The notes beneath the pieces were generated by a model, which had not been told where the DNA came from, did no database searches, and saw nothing but the letters and a program-made list of their open reading frames with translations. Made by a program: the position numbers and the translations under genes. From Catajapyx aquilonaris (taxonomy: Eukaryota): a stretch of 20,000 bases of DNA. This document shows, piece by piece, positions 1 to 8,823 of this stretch (position 1 is its first letter; every line of letters begins with the position of its first letter). The stretch lies in contig KZ537984.1 of NCBI GenBank assembly GCA_000934665.2, forward strand, positions 304,890 through 324,889. The letters run 5' to 3'.

Positions 1-681
1 GCGGACGGGGATAGAAGAAGGAAACAGAAAGACTCTTCAAAAAAAACAACAACATATATCCAAACTAGAGTGAACTGTGTCGCGGATACGATGAATTGAT
101 TGTGCGGGATATATTCTGTACTGTGTACATTTTTTTTTTTGCCCTCCCCCAAAAATTTATAAGTGCGCGGTACTGTGTTACCCAACTCATGTGTTCCTGC
201 TGGTGGTGTGGACCTAACGCTGGATCGTCCTGACAATGTATGGAACCGTCGGTTTATTCCTGCTGGTAGGATTTGTGCAGACGTTTGCTGGACGGATTTT
301 CGGTAAGTGCACACTTCATCCGGGAAATTAACTGTTACAAACGCAACGGAAACGCATCCTGTGTTAAAAGGGCACCTGAAAGAATACATTTCTTATCCCG
401 CGCCCCTTCCCGCCGGGGTAGGTTGTTGTGAAAGGTCAACATCCACTCCTGGAAACTTGCCCAAGGAGGCAAATATTAAACTAGGCTCGAGATAGGAGCG
501 TTTGCTATATACGCCCAAGTCTTCCGGTTACATCATTTTTTTGGCGAGTATGTGCGTGTTTGCATAAATCACGATCACCTGTTGCGGTACATTTGTAGTG
601 ACACTTTTTTGTGCCTTACTCCGCGGACCAATGTCAAAAGTTGAATTTTCGGTTTCGTGGGTGAAGGTGCGAAGTATTTAG

Positions 682-713
682 TTTTTTCTTCTTCTTCTTC
701 TTGGCAGGTGAGA
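682..713 (+). other. Candidate recursive splice site: polypyrimidine/(CTT)n tract + CAG|GTGAGA
   Basis: TTTTTTCTTCTTCTTCTTCTTGGCAG (AG at 706-707) is immediately followed by donor-like GTGAGA (708-713), the zero-length-exon arrangement of ratchet points in long introns. Confidence 0.4.
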
Positions 714-1677
714 AACAGCCTGGGCTGAAAACGTGTCCGCGTAAAATAATTTTCCCCGTGGCGGTGGAACGTGTTGTAAATGTGTAAATAAGAGATGTAC
801 ACAACCACGTGCATCACACCTTGTTGTCTTCAACCATCATAATTATATATACGACTATTTTTGTCAAGTGCGTGTGGGCCGGATAATGCACCGGCTTTTG
901 TCCAGTATGTGAGCAAAGGAAATTTACACCCCTTTAAAAAATCTTGCCCTAAACGAACGAACTTTTCTTCGCTCTCGAAAAGTACCTGGGTTTGTTGACC
1001 AGTCTGAGTTGGCTGAATCTGTGCCGAGATTTATTTAGGAAAAAGGGCGGCATTTGCAGTTTCGATCCAATCAGGCTATTTGCAGTGTGTTAAATTTTCG
1101 GATAGTGCAAATCTTTCTGGGCGGGGAAAAATTAACATGTTTCTGGTCCGTGTCTGGCAAACAAAGGGGGCTTGTATTCTTGATACATCTCATATACATA
1201 AAGGACTGGCATATGGCCCCCATCTTTTTTTAGTAGAATCGACTCGGGAAGCACGGGTCAATCTGGCACGAATTTTCCGTCCAAATGACCTCCCATAGGA
1301 CAAGAAATTATCCATGCCCCATGCCAGAATGATTCGCTTTTTTATGTATCCAATGTCTGATGCCTATATACCCCCGGAGCTAGGGCAATGGGGTGTAGAA
1401 AATGGGCAGTGGGAGGACAATGAGCAGGACTAATGTAGATGTTCGCATACTGGTTTGGTTCGAGGAACATTGCCTGCAGGATGGGCAAAAGTTCACCCTC
1501 TAAAAATTTGCAAAAAAATAAATAAAAAATTGGCGGCACAAAAGTCACACTTGATTGACCCCTTTCTGTGGTGACCCTGAGGGTGATGTGCTACTAGTTG
1601 AAGCGTAGAGCCGGAGAAGATTTTCGGGGATGATTTTCCTTCAGGTGGGGAAATTTATGGGAGTGTCGCGATTTCCA

Positions 1678-1693
1678 CCTCCTCCTCCTCCTC
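1678..1693. repeat. (CCT)n microsatellite, about 5 units
   Basis: CCTCCTCCTCCTCCTC read directly; it produces the poly-Pro in ORF 1630-1854. Confidence 0.8.
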
Positions 1694-2419
1694 TACCTAC
1701 CCCTCCGTCTTTCGTTGGCGTTTTGTCGTTAATCATTTGGTCGGATTGGAGCTTCATATTGATCCGGGCACATTCCTACAGCCTCCGGGCTCGTGTGTTT
1801 GCGAAGCCTCGTACAAACTTCCCGGCTTTAAAAGGTAAGCGCTTTTTAGGATAATTGTGGTGTAAGCGCCAGAAAGTGTTTGCTTTTCTAGGGGGAGAAA
1901 ATCTTCTTCAGAAAGAGCGGCGATTTTCCTTTGAAAAAATATATATAATATTTATGCTTCCGACCTTTGGACGAAACATGTGCGTGTACCGAGATTCGGT
2001 AATGAGGTCATATTTTAACCTACCTTTTTTTAGAGTCTGCAAAAAATTTGGTTTAGGTCTGGTAGGAAGCAGACAGTCTTGGAACAACATACGCTGATAA
2101 TAGCAACTGTAAAACCCAAATTGCAGGCTGTAATTCCGGGAGGAAATAGCTCTGATAATGTCCGTCCGCCTACCTCGGCATTCTTCAGAATTACTTTTCA
2201 CGCGCATTATCGCACATAAATCCATAACCACCGTAAGCCGCCGGCTGGCGTAAGGAATTTTGCACAACGGTAAATCAGCATTGGGCGGGGTTCCTGGCTA
2301 AAAACTTTGGGGGTAAAAATCCTAGGGCCAGTCGCGTGTTCAGGGAATGATTCGGCACGCACAAATGCGTCAGTCTCACGCAGATTATAAGGGGTGAGGC
2401 ACCCAGATTAGCAGATATG

Positions 2420-2468
2420 TACAGGGTGTGTCATCATGTAGGAATCATATATTTTGGAACACCCTGTA
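2420..2468. mobile_element. Miniature Tc1/mariner-type inverted-repeat remnant (TA-flanked CAGGGTGT...ACACCCTG)
   Basis: TACAGGGTGT (2420-2429) is the exact reverse complement of ACACCCTGTA (2459-2468), with 12/14 matches when extended inward. The terminal TA dinucleotides fit a TA target-site duplication, and CAGGGTG termini are typical of some IS630-Tc1-mariner families. Confidence 0.6.
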
Positions 2469-5174
2469 GATGTAGCTGAGGTTTGTGGTCCTTTTTGGAG
2501 TAACTCGTGCTCATGAAGAGGAGGGGGTCTGTGAGGAGACAAAAGGAACCGGCCCAAAAGGAGCCTTGTGAGGAATGGAAAGTTCGGGGAGGGCTTAGTT
2601 GATTATGCACATGTGGATAGACTTGATGAATGGATTCATTTTGCCTGTAATGCGAGGGGGCCTTGCTACGCTTCCATCCATCAAATGGGTCGTTCCATTC
2701 CTCATTCCAGGCTGCTGCTGCTTAACTAGATTGTCTCCATGTTCAGCATTTTTTTTAAAAAAAATATAAATATTCTGGGAAGGGGATGAAAACGGTGGAT
2801 CAGATTTGGACACTCGATCGTGTCACCCCGACAGCTTATTCCGCGTATTAGAACCCTCAAATTTTCAATTTGGCGTCAGCTATCAGTCAGGTGGCGCAAT
2901 TTGGATGGATTACCGCCTCACACATCATGCAAAACAAATGTAAGGATTTAGTATTGATTTATTTGTGTGAGCTTTGCCAGGGGTTCAAACGGTTCCCAAT
3001 TTTTTTTCCACCCTCAATACAACTGGTCAATATTCATAATTCCATCGGCTTGAATCCTGGATGTTATTTTTTCCCCGGGCGTTCCAAACACACATGCATC
3101 AAAATTAATTGTCATTAGCATTGATTGGACGGCAGCGAAAACAATCATTTTGTGTATTTTGTGTGTGCGAATTTTGGCTTCATGATCCCCAAAATCCGTC
3201 GGCGCAGGGATGAAGAGAGCAAAATGCGAACCATAAAGGGCCGGTTTTATCTGCCCGTATAAAATAGTGCAATTGCACGTGGTGAGAGGCTATCGGCTGA
3301 TTAGAATGTATCTGATTGGATGGGTTGGTATGGCGTGCTGATGGGCTTTAATTACACACCAATCTTGTCGATATAACCAGAAGTTTACGAAATCGCTAAG
3401 GAGTTATATATGGTCAGCAAGTAATTGGTGGAGCTCATCTGATATGCCGGGCGATGTTTGCTAGTCGATTATTATAGAACCTGCTGGTAGAGTGTACACA
3501 GTGGAAATGGAATTATGACCCCTCCAGGTACTGAAAATAATGGAAAGCTACATTCTGAAGAGAAGCGCTGGGAAAATCCACTTTTCGAGAGTTGAAGGTC
3601 GAAATTCGACGGGTTCAATAATGAAAACGCGGTGTGTGCGGCCCCGGAAAATTGCTTTTTAACTGCCGACCCGGACGTGTCTCTTTTTCCGGTCTATGTT
3701 TACCTTTTTTTATGAGGCATGAAACTGAGAGCCCATATTATTGTCTGGCGACGACAAAAAAAATGTGAAATATTCAACTGTAAAAATAATTTTAAAAATA
3801 TTAGAGGCTCTATATAGCTGTCGGGTACTTTTGCAAAAAATATATATTTCAATGTTCAAATACTTGGAAATAATATTTGGCGCCAGCCTCCCGCAATGTA
3901 TTAGCCAACTGCTGCACTGCACCTCAGGGCAGTTAAGTCAATAATGCACCCGATCAATATTTTGCACTTGCACACAAGCACATCTACGGACCCCCAGCAT
4001 AAATACTTAAAAAGGCTAAAAACGCGATCATGGCGCGTATGAATTTTCCCGCGGTCACTTTTCTCGTTTATTATATACCTGGCGCACGTTATATTAAACT
4101 GGCGCACCTAAAAACTTTTACACGGCTCTTACTGGAAGTAACTATGTACTCACAGGGGAACATCAGAAGTAGTCGTTACACCTTAGGCTTAGCCCCATAA
4201 AGAAAAATTGAGGGCATCGGCGACATGAGCCATATCGTAAAAAAGAGACGAAAGGCTATTTGAGTGCAGTCCGATGGCTGCAGTAAAGCGGCGTTGGCAG
4301 TCACTGAAGCGGATGGTTTGTGGTACAATTGGACGCCTAATCTACGGTGCAACTCAACAAAAGATGCTGCTGGACACCTCCAAGGTTTTTCAAAAGAAAA
4401 TTCTGAATTTGGAGAGTCTAGCCGAGGCCAGAAATCCTTAGTTTGAGCTTGTGATTTGAAATGTTTGACTAGTTGTCGCTCCGCCAGAAGCGTCGTCGCT
4501 GAGAGAGAACTGGCGACGCTTCCTCGACGTCTCTGCAACTATACGCCCCCGATGCTTTATGCATGAGAAGTCAATTGAGGAATACAGATCTACCAGGGAT
4601 CTGGGCACCCGTGGGTTTCTATTATATATGAATTTCGCTGTTTCTAATTTGGTTCGTAATGTGCACTGGACATGGTGCAAAAATTGTCTACCTCAGATTT
4701 GCGTGCGGCTGAGATTGAATCGTGAGGGGTTTTCTATTGAGCAAGATGAGCTCTTCTTAGATTCTTCTTCAATATAGTTGCGGCAGAATCCCGCTTTGTA
4801 TTTGGACCACGGAGCTGGGATAAAGCACCGAAGGCACGCATGCAGCCCTTGCATTGTTCGGCGAATTTTAATACGAGCTCCAGCCTTGCACAGTTAGAGT
4901 GTTTCTCCCATTAGAGGCCCGTGATGTACGCTGAGTACGGGGCTTATTACCCTTCTGGCCAACTTATGGGAAGGGAATCACTTTGGAAAGTGCGAAAAGA
5001 GATTCTGCACTCTGATCTTTTTTTTCTCTGCGGAAAAAGGCTTTTTGCGAGCTGGAGCTCTCCAACATTACAATTGCGGAGGAATTTTCCGAGGGTTTCG
5101 ATTCAAGCGTTTTCAGATATGCGGGAATGAATGCCTTTGATACTAAAGCTGGGGGGGAAAGCGATGTTAGTGAT

Positions 5175-5185
5175 GGGGGGGGGGG
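5175..5185. repeat. poly-G run (G11)
   Basis: Read directly from the sequence. Confidence 0.85.
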
Positions 5186-7639
5186 AGGGAGAGAATAAAT
5201 TGTTAAGGAAATTACTGTGTGCATGGCCAAATTCGATCCCGATGCCACAGGATGATAAACTGCGAATATGATATGTCAATTTTTGGCAGTGACAGACCGA
5301 CATGGTCGATCAAATTGTCTGGCTTCGGGAGTGCAATGCTGAACATTTTTGCCGCAACTAAATGCTGCAATTTTTAGGTCATACTGACTGTGTAAAAATG
5401 TAGCCAAATTTTTTCTGAACATGCTGTGTAAATAATATTTGTTTGTACTGTGTGTACCTGGATTTTTAGATCCGGTTTTTTTTATACGATCCCCTCCGAG
5501 CATGCATTTCAAGCTTACTCTTGACGTTACAAAAATCTCCTGGGCATCCAATAAAAAATAATGTGTAAGTCTGAGTCGTGACTGGCCCCATTCTTCTTTT
5601 TCGGCCCGACGCAGCAATTTGAGGACGAGTCAGAAGTAATTGGATTTATGGAAGCCCCCGTAAGTCTCCGCCGTTAGTATTTATCCATCCCGGAGTCCAT
5701 AGGCGAGTAAATCAACCCAATGCTGCCGCGGCAACTAATCCAATGAAAAGTTTGAATTAAAGTAAGACTCGATTAAAATGGCAATTAATTACAGTGCGGC
5801 TCTATATATAATCTGGATCCCCCCAAAATGCGCCGTATTCTATTGACAGCCGTTCTTTTGGAAGGTGGCGAAGCGAGCAAAAATGAAAAAGAATGTCTTA
5901 AAATTTCCACTTCTTCGACTCGTTCTGAGGGGTAAAAAAAGAAAAGAATTTTCAGTGCTTCCTGGGTGGGTCGTATATTACAGCACAGGTGCGTTTAATG
6001 CTTAACCCAAAGAGGCCTGGGCTCCACAGGGACGTCCAATTCTGCTGGCGGTCAGAATCAGAAGCCCCCGTCTGATTCTAACTGGTTTAAGACCATAGTT
6101 AAATATTCATGCAGGGCGATAAAAATTGAGGATCGAATATTTTTCATCCCAAAAGCGGGCGGACTTAAAAATAAAGTGTTCATCCGTATGATTATGGCTG
6201 CACAAAAAAGCGAAGGCGACATAACGTTATACGGTACCTATTTTTTCAGGTCCTTTTCCCCATTATTCGTTTTTTTTTGCATATTTGCGATGAAAGTAAC
6301 GAAATAAATGATAGGAAGTTGTATGTCATTTCCATGCTCATTTCCGATGTAGCAAAGTTGGGGCCGATCTGCGCTCACATTCTTTTCCTTGGCCTGGTGC
6401 CTCGTAATCCCCGAGCGGAGATCATAACTCGGCCCAGAAGCGAGGGGGGAATTGCAGATGTCCTCTTTCTTTTTTCTTTTTTCTTTTGGGGCCTCTTTCT
6501 CCTCGTGAGATGTCCGCTCCTGAGAAAGCTGATGGTAAAGAGTTAGGTTTCATTGCGCAGGTGGCTGGAATCGGCCGCTTATACATTCCGAGGCGCTAAC
6601 CTGCAGGCGGGTTTCGGGGAATTTTTCTATACGAAATGTCGACTATCGAAAACGTAAATCAACCAAGGGTGATCGTTAACAAGTTTTTGTCTCGAAGCGA
6701 GCGTGTGTATTCGTGACTGCTGAACCGTATTGTGTTACAAAGTTATGGGAGAAATTTCTAGTATAGTGGCGTAACTGTTATTCGCCTTTTCTATCGGCGA
6801 TTAATACCCATGGATATTAGTTTCAGCAATAAATCGAAAAAGTTACACACAAAAAACGGAAGCAAATATATGACAATTTGGACACCAATACCAATACTGG
6901 AAAAGGGCTTAGAATATGCACAGAGTGACTAATCGTTTTATGAGCATGAGTAATAGGCTATAAGTCATGGGTACAGTTACAGAATTTCTCAAGCTGTGTG
7001 TACAGTGCAAATAATATCCCGTTATTATCTGGCAATGCGATAAAGTAGGCTGAGTAATTTAATCACAAGGCTTGTGGTTAGCCTGAAGATAGGTCAGAAA
7101 GGATGTTTTACACTGCGTCCAATCTCAAGAGGCTGGATCTCATGAGATGTGACTTTTTTTGTAGGATTAAAGCCAGCCTCATTAGAGTTACATTATGCGT
7201 AGTTGGGGGCGTGTATTTTACCGGGACTAAAAATACTACAAGTTTACAGTGGGTCAGAATCTCTGTAGACAAATATTTGGGTTTCTCTTGTCGGATGTAT
7301 CTCCCCGAGGATATTGTTCCATTCTTAGCATATCACGATGAGTTCATTTCCTGCCTTAATTGCTTGCACACATTAACTGAAGCCGCATATATTTTTAAAA
7401 AAAATGCAACATTGACCACACAATTTGTCCCCCTATTCTTACACGTGCTCCCTGCTAATGAGATGATGAAGTATTTGGCACGAGCATCATGTGGTCTCTT
7501 TTGGCACCCACCATCCAGCCCGTATACACTCGGGTGTTCTTCCTTCTTCCACCTTCTTCCAACCCAAGCAGGCCGCCCCCGTTTTGTGATTCCGGGGGCA
7601 TCCGTGAGCCAATCTGCAATCACGTCCCCGGCTGAACTC

Positions 7640-7760
7640 CAATCTTTCCCTGGTTGTCTTTTTCACTTTGCCCTCCCCCCACCACCAGCTCTTCTTCTTT
7701 TTTTCCCCCCTCTCTTCTCCTTCCCCCCAACTCCCTTCATCCGCCTTCAACCTCCCCCAG
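7640..7760 (+). repeat. Low-complexity C/T-rich tract
   Basis: Almost purine-free stretch, e.g. CTCTTCTTCTTTTTTTCCCCCCTCTCTTCTCCTTCCCCCCAACTCCCTTC. Confidence 0.8.
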
Positions 7761-7903
7761 TTGCCGTCAGCTTGAAAGGCGCAGTGTTCCTTCCAGACGC
7801 CGAGGATTCATGGGACCCTGCACTTGCCAGCAACACCCAAGCCTTCTTTTCCAGGCTCCCACACAGTTGCGGAATTTTGAAAATTCAGCATTTATTTTTG
7901 CAG

Positions 7904-7965
7904 TTGAAATTCAACAAAATTTGGCCAATTGTAGCAGCCATGTTTCTGGCTACTCCTCAGTCAAG
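7904..7965 (+). other. Possible 62-nt internal exon
   Basis: Acceptor TTTATTTTTGCAG ends at 7903 and a weak donor AAG|GTGATG lies at 7965/7966. Entered in phase 1 it reads (x)EIQQNLANCSSHVSGYSSVK and would join in frame to the exon at 8181. Confidence 0.25.
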
Positions 7966-8097
7966 GTGATGACACGGGGTTAAATCCCCGTGCATATCGA
8001 GTGGCGTTAGTGCAGATAAATTCATTTCCCGTCAATCCCCGACCGTGTTGTTTCTCTACGTCACATTAGATCGAATTGGGCAGGGGGATAGAGAGGA

Positions 8098-8117
8098 GGG
8101 GAGGGGAGGGGAGGGGG
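8098..8117 (+). other. G-quadruplex-forming motif GGGGAGGGGAGGGGAGGGGG
   Basis: Four runs of 4-5 G separated by single A loops, about 30 nt upstream of a consensus branch point. Confidence 0.7.
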
Positions 8118-8148
8118 ATGAAAAACCGCTCTGATGTGTTTGTGTTTT

Positions 8149-8180
8149 TACTAACATGTTTGTTTTGTTATTTTGAACAG
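8149..8180 (+). promoter_or_regulatory. U2-type 3' splice site: branch point TACTAAC + U-rich tract + CAG
   Basis: Perfect TACTAAC at 8149-8155 (branch A 8154), then ATGTTTGTTTTGTTATTTTGAACAG with no intervening AG; the acceptor AG is at 8179-8180, 26 nt from the branch A. Confidence 0.7.
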
Positions 8181-8237
8181 CGGATAATCATGTCGAGGTT
8201 ACCGGAATCAGGATTACAATGGATGTATCTGTTATAG
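8181..8237 (+). CDS. Candidate short coding exon segment RIIMSRLPESGLQWMYLL* (or small ORF MSRLPESGLQWMYLL*, ATG 8190); host gene not identified
   Basis: Starts exactly at the strong acceptor and has 19 codons ending TAG 8235-8237. ATG 8190 is in an AATC-ATG context (A at -3). The reading frame and exon 3' end are not established. Confidence 0.35.
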   Translation, partial: RIIMSRLPESGLQWMYLL

Positions 8238-8812
8238 CCGTGAAGTACAATGGCAGGATCGGCTCCATTCATCCTTTTGTTTGGCCTGGAAAGAGAATAC
8301 AAAAGAATCGAAAATGGTAGGGAAATGGCCCCCTCGCTGCGATAGAACTAATTTAGCTGGCTGCATAGTCATATCACCTTTCCTTGGAAGACGATGCAGC
8401 CAAATTACATATATGCTATTGTTAGACTCCATTTCAACACCGGTATTGCCAGTTTCAAAAGGGCAGATTTTTTTTCTCTCTCGCTCTCTCATCTGAAACG
8501 AATGTCAGAGTGTGATGCTGCAAGATGGGGAAAATCCACTGGCCATGCTCTTGGAATGGGCTGTGTGATAAGAATCTCCTTATATCCTGCAGTGTTGGAT
8601 GGTGCGGCAGTACATTAGAAGTGGCTTGAAACAGTGGCACGGGCCCCCTTTGTTCTTGTGCGAAATTGCCTGCCGTAAATCAGTCGGGGTGGAAGATTTT
8701 TCAGGGCAGAATAAGCTAGTATGGGAATAAGAGTATAGCATAGATTGGGTAGATTTAAAACGGGTCTTTTTTGGTGGAGATGATTCCTTGACCATTCCTA
8801 TAGTTATTTGAA

Positions 8813-8823
8813 GGGGGGGGGGG
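8813..8823. repeat. poly-G run (G11)
   Basis: Read directly from the sequence. Confidence 0.85.

Noticed and set aside
194..267. Direct repeat TTCCTGCTGGT (194-204, 257-267) as a CRISPR-like or tandem array
   Set aside because: Only two 11-bp copies, no regular repeat-spacer array, and a eukaryotic context.
3555..3576. Hammerhead-like CTGAAGA...GAAA
   Set aside because: No stem II between the core motifs and no flanking helices.
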